A DNA stretch of 64,000 nucleotides from Candidatus Poribacteria bacterium (GCA_965222225.1 CBDCTK010000002.1:1984001-2048000); one strand, 5' to 3'. Positions 40,960 through 52,715 are shown, numbered from the stretch's first letter. A program made the numbers and translations. The notes: generated by a model not told the origin, from the letters alone.

Positions 40960-41613
40960 TCACAATGCGACTTCTACCCTTTGCCATGCAATCCTTCCCT
41001 TGCACTGCGGACAATGGCCCGTTCTGGCGCGCCGGGTCAAGCGCTGTCGTTTCCATTCTTTGCCACAACCGCACTGTCCGCGCCAGCGCGGGGGCGTGTG
41101 ATCGACGTGGTGACAGCGTTTCGCCGTGCACCCAATCCGCCGCGCCACAGTTTTCCACTCCTCGTTGTGGCCATGATTCGGTCCGGCGATTGCGTGGGCG
41201 ATCTCGTGCAGAATCGTGTCAACAATCTCCGCTTTGGATGCCTTCAAGCAGTATGTTACGGAGAGCGCAATCAACTTTTCTTTGTACCTACATACACCGC
41301 CGCGGACAGGGGCGAGATCGAACGCAAACTTCCACCCTTTTTTGAGACCGCTCACCGTTTCGTGTTCTCGGATAAGGTGTAACCCCAGGGTTTCAACCTC
41401 TTTGAGTGGCATAGCGGACTCACCCGCCAGCGCTACGCGTGTCAAGGCGTCGTACGGGACGTTCCATAGCCCTTCGTGCTGTGTCCCTACCCGTGCCCAC
41501 CGTGACAGAAGTTTTTGGACTGTACCTTCCAGCGCGCCTGTCTTTGTTGTGAATGATACTCTTGTCCCCGGCGGGAATGCGGCTCCCGGGAACTCGGAGG
41601 TCACGATGCGCAT
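40960..41613 (-). CDS. SprT-like zinc metalloprotease
   Basis: RGGVC, TILHEIAH, HGHNEEWK, C-terminal CxC...CxxC. Confidence 0.85.
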   Translation of the reverse strand: MRIVTSEFPGAAFPPGTRVSFTTKTGALEGTVQKLLSRWARVGTQHEGLWNVPYDALTRVALAGESAMPLKEVETLGLHLIREHETVSGLKKGWKFAFDLAPVRGGVCRYKEKLIALSVTYCLKASKAEIVDTILHEIAHAIAGPNHGHNEEWKTVARRIGCTAKRCHHVDHTPPRWRGQCGCGKEWKRQRLTRRARTGHCPQCKGRIAWQRVEVAL

Positions 41614-41942
41614 GAATGCTTGATTCCTGCTCTGACAATGTCTCCATTGAAATTACGATTTACGCAGTTGAATATTCTACGGTTCGCAGTGGGATTGTCG
41701 AACTGCTGGAGCAATCTTAGTTCCGGCACGGGTACAAACCGAACCGCGTAATCCCTAACTATTATCGCACAATTTTCCGCATATTACCCTTAAAAAGTTT
41801 AGGAATAATGAGTGGATAATAGGAGGTAGCCTCATTTATAGAAGGGTGGAAGATTGGAAGGGACATAGATAAACGCGGACAGGAAAGAGAAAGGGAGAGG
41901 GGAATCCGGGATTTGACGATTCCGCCCTGCAACTGTAGGAGC

Positions 41943-42025
41943 GATTAAGCGAACGAACAGGGAGCGCGATAGTAAATCCCGTGCGATAGGGATCCTAACG
42001 CGATAGAGCTCCCATAGAGATCCCT
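41943..42025 (-). repeat. Covarying-hairpin element with iterated tails inside a family A REP
   Basis: gtaggagc[gattaa...gcgatag + tails]ctcccggtcgcgacc. Confidence 0.8.
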
Positions 42026-42435
42026 CTCCCGGTCGCGACCTCCTGTCGCGAGTAAAACTCGCTCCTACAGTGGACGTGCAATGATGGGGGTTCCATATTC
42101 GATTTAATGATTGGCGATCCCAATCCTTTTTTCGGGGCAAAGGAACAGAATCGTTACAAGATCGAAAAACAATATTCACACAATCGTCATCTGTTTGTAA
42201 CAAGCCCCTGTTATCATCCAAGGCGTTGAGGAAGTAGCATCATCATCCGTGCCGCTGTTATGCGGCTGACCGTGGCTACCGATTACCGAGCCGGAATGCT
42301 GCTGTGTGATGCGGATTTGGCAATTCAGACCTAGCACGTGAGGGGCGCGCCGAGAAGAGAAGCACAATGCTAGTCTCAATGGCTCAGAGCATAAAACACT
42401 CAACGCTGCGCTGAATTGAAAAGGAGGTTCAATTT

Positions 42436-42798
42436 ATGGCTAAAATGCCATCATGGATAGAAGCAAGCCCAACGGCATTGACGTGGCAGGAGTCGAGGTC
42501 GATTTTTGTTCTCAATGTATGGGTGCTTCCACTGTGGTTGTCGTATAGGAACAGACCTCGGCAGAGCCGGATTGTTGCCTATATCAAGCAACATAAGCCG
42601 GACTATGTCCTTCTTCAAGAGGTGTGGTGCTCACACGATGTAAATTGGTTAGAGAAACGGATGCCCGAATTTCAGGTGTTTCGATCCGGTCAGAAGCGCC
42701 GCCTAATAAATAGGGGCGGCTTGGATTGCGGCATGAGCGTTCGGGGCGCAGTTGCCGAGGGAGAGCACAAGGAGAGTGGCGGCAACGATAAAGCTTAA
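42436..42798 (+). pseudogene. Endonuclease/exonuclease/phosphatase family fragment
   Basis: LNVW...PDYVLLQEVW...GGL N-terminal motifs only; far shorter than a full EEP domain. Confidence 0.5.
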
Positions 42799-42824
42799 CA
42801 AGCTGAGGATGAAGGTTAGGTATC

Positions 42825-43892
42825 TCATTTTTGTTTAACGGTGCCCCAGGTGGTGGCGGATTTGCCGTGGGGTTGCACGACCGAGATTGTGGCGCGGAAG
42901 ATGCCTTCTCGGGTGAGGGCATAGAGTTCGGATTGATGGGAGACGAGCGCACTAACTGTAAGCCACTGCAGACCTGCGGGAATCCATGTGTCCGAGCGTG
43001 CATCAAACATGTAGACGCCGTGATCATAAAGTCCGGCAAACAGACTGCCGCGGATTACAGCCAGGCTTGTTAAACTGGGCGCGTGGTCTAGATACCCATC
43101 GGAATCGCTTGGAAGCCCTACGATGCGATACTCCCAAGGGAAGGGGAGTCCTTCTTCGTTCCATCGTGCAAAGCCTTTGCCTCCGGCGACGTATAATCGA
43201 TCATTGAACACCGCCCAGTCGTGCGCCGGGTGGTGTCCGAAACGGGGAATAGATTCCCACGTGTGGCCGTTGTCAGGGGAACGGAACATGCTGCCATCCG
43301 ATTCGCTCCAGAGATAACCATCGAACTCAGTCATCGACAAGATACTACGGGCTATTGGCCAGTCGGGCGCTCCCCACGCGTCTTGGCGCACTATCCAGTC
43401 GTCTATTACGCCGTGCCATGTCTCACCTCGGTCGGTCGATGTATACGTACCCAAGCACGTCACAGTGATGACTGTGCCAGAACTGGTGACGAGGATTTGC
43501 TCAACGCGTCCGTATTGGTCGAGTTCTTCGTATAGGGGCAATCCGTCGTTTATGGGCTTCCATGTCTCGCCGAGATTGTCGGAGCGAACTACGCCGTTGC
43601 CATGTGTTCCTGCATACACGGTATTTTGATGGATTGCAATTGCAGTACACGTGTGTTTAACTTCGCTTGAACCCCAGGTGTAACCGTCATCGAGGGAGAT
43701 GTATACGCCATTCCATGTCCCGGCGTAGAGTCGGCGTCCATCGGTTTCAAGTGCGTTCACGCGCCCCATGGGCTGCGCGACAGTCAGTTGAGTCCACTCG
43801 GCGCGGATATTCGCATCCGATTCGTTCGCCAGCATAGTCGTTGTTACTAAGAAAATGAACGCGGTTCGCATTAAACGTCGAGTCCATATCAT
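42825..43892 (-). CDS. Exported BNR/beta-propeller protein
   Basis: SLDDGYTW, SDNLGETW, STDRGETW, SPDNGHTW; C-terminal VQPHGKSATTWGTVK. Confidence 0.8.
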   Translation of the reverse strand: MIWTRRLMRTAFIFLVTTTMLANESDANIRAEWTQLTVAQPMGRVNALETDGRRLYAGTWNGVYISLDDGYTWGSSEVKHTCTAIAIHQNTVYAGTHGNGVVRSDNLGETWKPINDGLPLYEELDQYGRVEQILVTSSGTVITVTCLGTYTSTDRGETWHGVIDDWIVRQDAWGAPDWPIARSILSMTEFDGYLWSESDGSMFRSPDNGHTWESIPRFGHHPAHDWAVFNDRLYVAGGKGFARWNEEGLPFPWEYRIVGLPSDSDGYLDHAPSLTSLAVIRGSLFAGLYDHGVYMFDARSDTWIPAGLQWLTVSALVSHQSELYALTREGIFRATISVVQPHGKSATTWGTVKQK

Positions 43893-44440
43893 TGGATTTC
43901 CTCCCTAAGAACTGATGGCTATCGGATTGACTGCGTTAGTAGAGTGCGCGCAAGTTATGTACCACTCCCATAAGCTGCCCCGACTTGGCACTACCCCGCG
44001 AATTTCATCGGCATTGTCCTCCGATGTGTCATGGAGACGCAATGGCGTTTCGTGTTTTCGTGTCTAAAAAGTGAACGCCGATGTTCATTTTTTGTACAGG
44101 AGGGGCATTGACAGTTCTCGCAACCGTGCCTATGTCCTACAAATCTGGTAGAGCATCTGTGTCGACCTACCTTCCACCTTTCTTCGGCTAGGAAATCGTA
44201 GGATAGTCTGACGTTGCTCAGCGTCAGGACAGGTTGCAACGCAGTTTAACCCTACTCCCATGCCACAGATGCACACGCTGCCTTGGCGAACTCACAAGTT
44301 CAAGTCGTTGCGTGTCCCGAAAACTTGGAATTTGGCTTGTGCTCCTGTACGGCGGCAGATTGGCAGGAAATTTGCTGTCTGTTAGGAAAATCGGCTTCTA
44401 GCGCCAAACACTATGAACGTGGATCGCTCGGCACACCTAC

Positions 44441-45373
44441 ATGAAACATAAAATGGGAGGAATCGAAATGCAGGGGATTACACTAGCAAACACTCAATCA
44501 GCGGGAATCATGAGATTCAGGACAGCGTATTCATTCTGTGCTCTGGCCTTGATTGCATTGATATTTGTCGCGCCAAGAGTAGCCGCTTTACCTGAGAAGG
44601 TTCCCCGCGACGTGTTGAAACTGCGCCCGGACGGGTATGTCTACGCCGATTACTCCGGCGTCTTCGATGACGCTGAAGGCGAAGGCATTACGGTTGAGGC
44701 GTGGATATATTTGACGGAGCGTCCACAAGATGGAGATTATCAAGATCCCGAGAGACGGTGGATTATTTTTGCCAAGCCCTTTAGCTATTTCGTTGCTATC
44801 ACCGGAAGGGATTTAGGCTCTGGCCTCGATCGGCGTTACCCGGAAGGTACCGTATACATCGATTTTGGAGTACAGCGTCAGCGCGGTGGCGGCTTGAGTT
44901 CGGGAATTTTGAGCCGTATAATTTTGCCCCACGATGTCCCATTGAAGCGTTGGGTACATATTGCCTATCAGATTGCCGTGAAAGGAAATAGTACACAATC
45001 GATATCGTATTTTGATGGCGGAGGGAGCGGAGGCAGCTTTGGGAGCGCCATGGGGCGCACCGATGCGCCGCTGCTAATTGGCGGGAGCAAACGAAATGTG
45101 CGGGGATGGGGAGGCAGATATGGATCCATTTTAGGCTACATTGACGAAGTTCGGGTTTCCAAGGGGTTCCGTTACGGCGAGGCGGCAAGGAGAAAAATCC
45201 GTCCGAAGAGACGATTTCGGGAGGACGGGCGTACGATAGCGCTCTGGCACTTTGATGAAGGCCTCGGCGCGACGCGTTATGCAGATTCCTCCAGCAACGG
45301 CTATACGCTCCGAGCGGGCGGTTCGCTTGCCTTTGATTCACGCGGAAAGCTGGCGGCTACTTGGGAAACATAA
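44441..45373 (+). CDS. Exported LamG-like jellyroll protein (copy 1)
   Basis: ITVEAWIY, WVHIA, GYIDEVRVS, TIALWHFDEG; probable 1-nt loss at the TWG tail. Confidence 0.8.
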   Translation: MKHKMGGIEMQGITLANTQSAGIMRFRTAYSFCALALIALIFVAPRVAALPEKVPRDVLKLRPDGYVYADYSGVFDDAEGEGITVEAWIYLTERPQDGDYQDPERRWIIFAKPFSYFVAITGRDLGSGLDRRYPEGTVYIDFGVQRQRGGGLSSGILSRIILPHDVPLKRWVHIAYQIAVKGNSTQSISYFDGGGSGGSFGSAMGRTDAPLLIGGSKRNVRGWGGRYGSILGYIDEVRVSKGFRYGEAARRKIRPKRRFREDGRTIALWHFDEGLGATRYADSSSNGYTLRAGGSLAFDSRGKLAATWET

Positions 45374-45392
45374 AACGTTAGGAGGTGTCACC

Positions 45393-46250
45393 ATGAAGGG
45401 CATGTACGTATCAGTCATTTGCTGGCTGATTATAGTTGATCACGGCTTCGCTGTACCGGAAGGCATACCCCTCGATGTGTTCAAAGCACAGCGGGACGGT
45501 TATCTCTACGCGGATTACCCGGGCGTCTTCGATGACGCTGAAGGCGACGGCATCACGATAGAAGCGTGGATTTATTTGACCGATAAACCGAAAGATGGGG
45601 ATTATTGGGACACAAGCGAGGGACATTGGTTTATCATTGGCAAGCCCGGCGGCTATTTCGTTACTATCACCGGTAGGGATTTAAGCCTTTCTATTCAACA
45701 GAGAGATCCGGAAGGCACTGCATATGTCTATTTTGGAGTACAGAGCACGGATGGCAAGGGTTCGGCAAGTTCGGGGGGTCAGATTCGTCCCCGCGATTTC
45801 CCGTTGAGACGTTGGGCGCATATTGCGTTTCAGTTGGTGGTGAAACGAGATGGCACCCATGACTCCACGTTTTTTGACCGCGAACTCTTCGGGGGATTCA
45901 GCACCTACATACGGATGGGACGCGTGGCAACGCCGCTAATGATCGGCGGCGCCACGCCTGTAACCTTCAGAAACGGACTTCCGTGGGGCGACGGTTATGA
46001 ATCTATGAAAGGCTATATTGACGAGGTACGTATTTCGAAGGGACTACGATATGAGACAAAGGGGAAGGCATTAATCCGTCCGCGGGCGCGGTTTCGACTA
46101 GATGAGCAGACGATAGCGTTGTGGCACTTCGATGAGGGGCCTGGGTCACGCATTTACCGGGATTCGTCCGGCAACGATTATCATCTCTTCCCCGGCGGTT
46201 CGCTCGCTGTTCATTCACTTGGAAAACTGGCGGCTACTTGGGCAAGCTGA
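45393..46250 (+). CDS. Exported LamG-like jellyroll protein (copy 2)
   Basis: GGAGG RBS, same motifs; probable 1-nt loss at the TWG tail. Confidence 0.8.
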   Translation: MKGMYVSVICWLIIVDHGFAVPEGIPLDVFKAQRDGYLYADYPGVFDDAEGDGITIEAWIYLTDKPKDGDYWDTSEGHWFIIGKPGGYFVTITGRDLSLSIQQRDPEGTAYVYFGVQSTDGKGSASSGGQIRPRDFPLRRWAHIAFQLVVKRDGTHDSTFFDRELFGGFSTYIRMGRVATPLMIGGATPVTFRNGLPWGDGYESMKGYIDEVRISKGLRYETKGKALIRPRARFRLDEQTIALWHFDEGPGSRIYRDSSGNDYHLFPGGSLAVHSLGKLAATWAS

Positions 46251-46269
46251 AACGGCAGGAGGTGTCACC

Positions 46270-47175
46270 ATGAAGGGAATATACGTATCAGCCATTTGCT
46301 GGCTGGTTATAGTTCATCGCGGCTTCGCCGTACCGGAGGGCATACCCCCCGATGTGTTTAAAGCGGGGCGGGACGGCTATCTCTACGCCGATTACCCGGG
46401 AGTCTTCGATGATGCTGAAGGTGAAGGTATCACGATTGAAGCGTGGATTTATTTGACTGATCGACCGAAAGATGGGGATTATTGGGACACGAATGAGGGG
46501 CGTTGGTTAATCCTTGGCAAGCCCGGAAGTTATCACGTTTCCACCACGGGAAGAGACCTGGGCTCACCCATCTGCCCGGATGCCCAGGAGGGGTTAACCT
46601 ACATGTGGTTTGCAATTGAGCGAGCGGCCGGCAATTCTTGGGGCGCATCGAGTACTGGGCTTCCAATCGCACCCGAAGAATTCCCGTTGCGTCGCTGGGT
46701 GCATTTTGCACATCAGATAGTGGTGAAACAGGACGACATCCACAAAATCCTATTCTACGGCACCGTTCCATCTTACGACCGCAAAAACTGGTCGGGCGAT
46801 CGCAGGCGCCTCATGGGTCGCGAAAATACCCCTCTAGTTATTGGCGGCCCCAAACCTCTGCCACCCAATTACAAATGGGAATGGGATAAGCGCTTCGAAT
46901 CCATGAAGGGTTATATCGACGAAGTCCGCATCTCCAAGGGCGCCTCCTATGGCGACGAAATAGGTGCGGAAATTCATCCAAGACGCCGGTTTCGGGCGGA
47001 TGGGCGGACTATAGCGCTGTGGCACTTTGACGAAGGTCCCGGTGCGCATTTCTATCGGGATTCCTCTGGCAACAATTATCACCTGTTCCCCGGCGGTTCG
47101 CTCGCGGTCGAAGCGCGGGATAAACTGGCTACTACCTGGGGCAGTTTGAAACGCCGCGCTCATGAAATGAAGTAG
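46270..47175 (+). CDS. Exported LamG-like jellyroll protein (copy 3)
   Basis: Same motifs; intact AVEARDKLATTWGSLK tail. Confidence 0.82.
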   Translation: MKGIYVSAICWLVIVHRGFAVPEGIPPDVFKAGRDGYLYADYPGVFDDAEGEGITIEAWIYLTDRPKDGDYWDTNEGRWLILGKPGSYHVSTTGRDLGSPICPDAQEGLTYMWFAIERAAGNSWGASSTGLPIAPEEFPLRRWVHFAHQIVVKQDDIHKILFYGTVPSYDRKNWSGDRRRLMGRENTPLVIGGPKPLPPNYKWEWDKRFESMKGYIDEVRISKGASYGDEIGAEIHPRRRFRADGRTIALWHFDEGPGAHFYRDSSGNNYHLFPGGSLAVEARDKLATTWGSLKRRAHEMK

Positions 47176-47528
47176 CTGGGTTTCACGGTGTTCAAACCAA
47201 CCTACGGACTATGTTGATTTGAGGATTTCTATCGCTAGTGCGATTGGATTTATTATCGCAGTAAAGCCCGTTTGAAACATAATTAGAAGAGTCATCTTCC
47301 TACATTTTAAGTATTATTCTCTGTCGCCCCGCTGGGGCTTAGGTGCGCGGAGGTTTCGGTGTATCTATACACCTCTCGCACCGCTGGCGCTCTCCGAGGC
47401 TGGTGGGCAGTGCCCACCCTACAACTAGAATTGGCTATCCGGTCCCAGCGGTTAGAGAGTGCCCTGAATGGTCGGAGGCGTACGGAGGGGTTAGGGGATG
47501 CGCCGGGCGGTTATTGGTTGGCGCGGCG

Positions 47529-50359
47529 TCACTTCAGGATAACCATCTTTCGGGTAGTGGTCGATTCGAGGGTTATCAACTGGTAGAAGTAGGTTCCCGA
47601 TGCAACCGGCTCTCCGCCATTATTGCGTCCACCCCAGTATGCGGCGCGCGATTTGCCAACGTAGAATCCGGCGCCTTGGAAGCCAAGTTCAAAATCCCGA
47701 ACGAGTGTTCCCGTCGGGGTGTAGATACGGATGGCGGCATGGGTATCAATCGCCAACTGGTACGGCATCCAGGTCTCTGGATTGAACGGATTCGGATAGT
47801 TGGGTAGCAACGCGGTGGTTATAGGTATCATGTCGTCCGGTGTCAGCCGCAACTCGGTGAAGGCGCGACGGATATCTCTCGCGTCAAGTTTGTGGTGCAG
47901 CGTGCGAATCAGCTCGCCACTCCCGCCGCGGACTTCAATAATCAAGGTATCGCCAACGGCAGCGACCATTTGGCGGTTCATATCCGCCCAGACAGCGTGC
48001 AATCTCCCCACCTCAACGACATCGACCTCTCCGGTGCGCTGGTTGTGTACGGTTAGCGATATGCCGTCAAGCCCTTCAAGCCGCGCGTGGAGCACCAATG
48101 CCCAGACCCCCGAAGTCTGGCGCGGAGCGGGTGCGTTTTGCCATGCGCGACCGGTGAATGCGGCGACCTTCGATTCGGTCACGTTGACGATGTAGCCCTT
48201 GCCACCTTCAATCGGGAAGCCGCCACCGGGAGAGTTTGCCGTGAATCCGATGAACTTGCCAACCGATGGGTTGTACTCAATGACGGTTGTCGCGCCAAGT
48301 TTTTCCATGAAGGATCGGGCGGTGTAGGGTTCATCCGGCATCAAGGGTAGACTAATCATATTCAACCCTGCGCCGAGTTGTGTCTCAAATGTGTTCGTGA
48401 TTGCTGGTGGGGCAGCCAAGCTGTCCGCTCGAAGTGCGAGGTTCTGAATGCGTTCATCGCTTTCGGCGCCGACGTCGGCGATCGAATACGGGGTTTCAGA
48501 GAAGTTCGCCGCGAGGTATTCCACAAATGCATCCTGCTCTCTGCCCGGAGCGACAAAGTCGGCTTGTCCGCCGGATTGTTCCTCTGTCATCACGTCGGGC
48601 AGGTCGACGCGATTCGTATCGGGGTAGTTCGGGTACGGATAGTCGTCGCCGCCATCGGCGAGGAAGTCGAGCGTGACGATGCGGAAGGTTCGGCCCTCAT
48701 CGCCGACAACCCCGCCATTTTGTGCGACGACATCAGTCGGATTTCCGTTGGAATTGGTGATGACGAGCGATCTGACCCTTGCAGCTGCTGGCTGTGACAC
48801 GTCGTAACTGAAAGCCAGTCCGCCGACCTGAGGAAACTGCCCGGTGTTCACGCCCGGCTGCGCTTCGGTGATGGCGTGTTCAACCACCTCAAGGAGTTGC
48901 GCCGCCGTTAGCGTCAAAAGACTTAGACCGTTGTTGAACCGGATCGTATTTTCGATGTCGAGCTGCGAGATTTCGCCTTCGGCTTTGCCGACGAGCGCGT
49001 TCCCGGGCGGTGGAAGTTCACCCACACCCACGGTGACGCCGATGGAGGCGCGGATGCCGCCCCCGTTTTTGAGGGAGGCGACCACGGTCGGATCGACCCG
49101 CCGAGCGGCGTCCAAGTTGGCATCGGCGGTCAGGTTGCCGAGGTTCGTTTCCTCCGCCCGCACCGCCCCGCGTCTGCCTTCCAAGTAGACGCTTGTACTC
49201 CCGAAGATATTTCCATCCTTCGTGATAACCACGTTACGAACCGCCTCGGTGATTGCAACGACTTGCGGCGCGGGGTCGGCGTCCCCGGTATCCGTAACCC
49301 CAACCTCGTCCGTAGCAAACACTCCGCTTACTTCAGGGTCGATGGAATCCGGTATCAGAACGCCAGCCTCGTCAAAATCGAGGACAAGCCGACCAACGTA
49401 TTTGTAATCGCCATCCGTACTGACGATTGCCACGGGTTCCTCCGCCGCGGAAGTTGTCAGAATCGGATAAACCCCGGCGGCGGTGTCGCCGTCGCGCAGG
49501 CGGTCGGTGGCGTCCGCGAGCAGCGTGTTCGAACCGCCGGAAATGATGATGTCAACGCCGTGCAACAGCGGCGCCAACGCCTCATCAATGGAAATTCGCT
49601 GAAGGTGACCGGTGAGAATAATCACCTTCACGCCGGTCGATTTCAGGTCGTTAACGGCTGTTTGGATAATTCCGCCAGCCCCGGAATATCTTCCCGGTTC
49701 TCGGGCACAATTCCGACATCACCCGGCGATGATATGGTTCGGAGCCATGGCGTCGTTGCGCCGACAACACCTATTTTTTCGCCTGAAGGGGTGGTGATGA
49801 CCGCGCTCTTGCTAAGACTGTTGGGAATCGCGATCGCCTCTTGCCCGGCGTCGACGACAAGCGGGGCGAGGGCGCTATCGAGACTGAAATCCAAGTTTGC
49901 GCTCAGGAACGGGAACGCCGTGCCGACGTAGCCTATGCCATCAGCTTGGATTAGCCCGGCGATTGCACTAGTGCCCAAGTCAAATTCATGGTTGCCAAGC
50001 GCCGATGCCATGAAGCCCATGGCATTGAGCATCAGGATGTCCGCGCGCCCTGACCCCTCTCGCCCCAAGACATCGCGAAGGCTCGGGTCATTGCCCGCCG
50101 CGAAAAACGAGCCGGGGATATAGGTGTCGCCCGCTCCGATGATAACGGTGTTCTCCTCCTCGGCTTTGAGCGCGTTCAGTACGGCGGAGAAGCGGGGGGC
50201 GTTTTCGAGCGCTTCGACGCCGCTTTCAAGGTCGGCTGCGTGGAGCAGTTGAAGCGTGAAGTGGGCAGGGGTGTCCTGAGAAAACGCAGGGCTGACCGGG
50301 ATTAGCGCCGAGAAAATGATACAAACGGAGATTGAAATAGCGTGTTGCTTAGAAAGCAT
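47529..50359 (-). CDS. Exported 5'-nucleotidase with FlgD/T9SS-like C-terminal domain (frameshift near 49640)
   Basis: LLHAADLE, GD, LGNHEFD; ETNLGNLTADA, NGGGIR, FLADGGDDY; ALLPNYPNPFNPETW. Split between ORFs 49643-50461 and 47529-49631. Confidence 0.85.
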
Positions 50360-50894
50360 TCGGAAATACTCCTTTGATTTATCTAGGGCAGTTGGAATCT
50401 GGTGGCAGAGCCGTTCTTGGTCGTACGGGTTGTCATTTGGCTTGAAGACAAGATGAGACAAAGGGTAACACGGAGATTGTGTTTTTGCAACTTACATCAT
50501 TTGATTTACATACGATACCAGACGGATGTTACGGGAGGTTGTCGCTTTCATGACTTTTTCATGCCAATGGGAGGGGGAGGATAAACTTCCGAAAAAAAAG
50601 CGCTGCTATGAACCGGTCGTGGAGTGAGGGAGAGAAGAAGGGAAGGGGGGAAGATTGGAAGGGACGCGGATTAGCATGGATGGGGCAAGAGGAGAAGGGA
50701 GATTGGGGATTTGGTGGCCGAGGATTGTGCGTAGGGCTTACAGAGGAAGAAACCGAATTTTCAAGCGAAAACTTGGTTTCGTGCAGTACGTTAGGTTGGG
50801 TTGAACGGCTAAAAACAAACGACAATTAATGCTATATGTTAGTGAGACCTGACCTCCAGGTCTGCTGCCATATACCGATTTGGTTTAACCCAAC

Positions 50895-51335
50895 CTACGT
50901 ACTGTCAACGCCGTCAGCCTTGACACTTGTCCGTTCTCTAACTTCCGCACGGAGATCGTTTGCCACGCCGTCTATTTTGTCTATCACTTGCATTATGTCC
51001 CTATGATGCGCCCGTGAATTGGCATCTATCTTCTCATCGAGTCGGGTGAAGCCAGCGTCCATCTTCTCATCGAGTCGGGTAAAACCAGCGTCCATCTTTT
51101 CATCAAGTTTCAAAATATCGGAGCGGAACTGCCGCATATCCTCTCGGAGTTCCTTCATCACCGCTTGAATTGAGACTGCTACCAAGTTTATCTGTTCTTG
51201 CAGTCTATCATCAGCTCTGTTCATCTCTGCTCTCGTCGCCACTGATGTTGTGATTTTCCACCAGAGCGCGCCAATCCCGATTAGCACTCCAATCAGCGGT
51301 ATGACCGACGGTACGATGATTTTGATCCATTCCAT
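50895..51335 (-). CDS. Hypothetical protein: N-terminal TM plus coiled coil with 11-aa repeats
   Basis: GAGGA RBS; LDEKMDAGFTR repeated. Confidence 0.65.
   Translation of the reverse strand: MEWIKIIVPSVIPLIGVLIGIGALWWKITTSVATRAEMNRADDRLQEQINLVAVSIQAVMKELREDMRQFRSDILKLDEKMDAGFTRLDEKMDAGFTRLDEKIDANSRAHHRDIMQVIDKIDGVANDLRAEVRERTSVKADGVDST
51028..51107. repeat. 33-bp in-frame tandem repeat (about 2.4 copies)
   Basis: atcttctcatcgagtcgggtRaaRccagcgtcc x2 plus a partial copy. Confidence 0.8.
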
Positions 51336-51600
51336 CAGATTCCTCGTTCGTTTTAGGCCTGCGATTTTTTTGACTATAGCACCTTCTCCGCCGATTGTCA
51401 ATCTGCATCGCTCGCAATTAACCTGATTTGCCTGTAATATTCTGCCAGATTTAACGTTTTTGCAGTCTCAAAGGGCAAAAAAAAGCTGAATCGGAGTCAA
51501 TAATATGCTTACAAGGCAAGTATGGGATCTTTTGTCGAATTTTGGATTCGATGATTGAAGATTCTCTAGAATCAGGTAGGATTGTCACGGGGTTTAGGTC

Positions 51601-51629
51601 TTGGCAACCTGATGGGATTGGTGTATAAT
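51601..51629 (+). promoter_or_regulatory. Sigma70-like promoter for prpB
   Basis: TTGGCA-17 nt-TATAAT. Confidence 0.5.
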
Positions 51630-51697
51630 AGGCGTTATCGTGGAACACATTGAGTTGTGAGAAATGAATCGTATTTGTGGTGGAGGAAGACGGTTTA

Positions 51698-52567
51698 ATG
51701 GGCGAAATCTATTCTCCCGGTCGGCGTTTTCGTGATGCGTTATCCGTAGAATGCCCGTTGCAGATTGTTGGCGTTATCAACGCTTATGCCGCAATCATGG
51801 CGGAACGTGTGGGGTTTCGAGCTATCTATCTCTCCGGATCGGGGGTGGCAAGCGCGTCTTACGGTTTGCCGGATTTGGGCATGACCACGCTAAATGACGT
51901 GCTGGAGGATGTGCGTCGGATTACGAACGCGACCGAACTGCCGTTACTCGTGGATGCGGATACGGGTTGGGGCAACGCGTTTATGATTGCGAAGACCGTT
52001 CGCCAGATGATTAGGGCGGGTGCCGCCGCTGCCCATATTGAAGATCAGGTGAGCGCCAAGCGTTGCGGTCACCGCCCGAACAAGGAAGTTGTAAGCCCGG
52101 ACGAGATGGTAGACCGAATCAAAGCCGCCGTGGATGCGAAGACGGATCCGGACTTTGTTCTCATGGCGCGGACGGATGCGCTCGCCATTGAAGGGCTTGA
52201 TGCCGCTATCGAACGTGCGTGCCGATACAAAGATGCCGGAGCGGATATGATTTTTGCGGAAGCCGTTACCGAGTTGGAGCAGTACCGAAAGTTTGCAGAC
52301 GCGGTCTGCCTTCCGATTCTGGCGAATATAACGGAGTTTGGCAAAACCAATCTTTACACAACGGAGGAACTCAGGGGCGCCGGAGTGAGTTTGGCGCTTT
52401 ATCCGCTGTCCGCGTTTCGCGCGATGAATGCCGCCGCGCTCCGTGTGTTTCAGGCGTTGCGGGATGAGGGGACGCAAAAGCGCGTGGTTGATATGATGCA
52501 AACGCGAGACGAATTGTACGAAATCCTCAATTATCATGAGTACGAGCGGAAGATTGATCGGTTTTAG
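51698..52567 (+). CDS. prpB: 2-methylisocitrate lyase
   Basis: [43 protein letters not shown]. Confidence 0.95.
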   Translation: MGEIYSPGRRFRDALSVECPLQIVGVINAYAAIMAERVGFRAIYLSGSGVASASYGLPDLGMTTLNDVLEDVRRITNATELPLLVDADTGWGNAFMIAKTVRQMIRAGAAAAHIEDQVSAKRCGHRPNKEVVSPDEMVDRIKAAVDAKTDPDFVLMARTDALAIEGLDAAIERACRYKDAGADMIFAEAVTELEQYRKFADAVCLPILANITEFGKTNLYTTEELRGAGVSLALYPLSAFRAMNAAALRVFQALRDEGTQKRVVDMMQTRDELYEILNYHEYERKIDRF

Positions 52568-52639
52568 AGGAAGAACGGGGAATTGAGGATTTAACAAACG
52601 CAGGTCGTGTTAGGGGGATTACGAAGGATGGTGGGCAGG

Positions 52640-52715
52640 GGGATCTCTATCGCAGTTGTTATTCACTCCTTTGATCCCACCCTACTATCGCCCTCCCTAT
52701 CCGGTCGGTCGATCG
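52640..52715 (+). repeat. Two covarying-hairpin elements, the first inside a family C REP
   Basis: Cores at 52647 and 52685. Confidence 0.85.
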
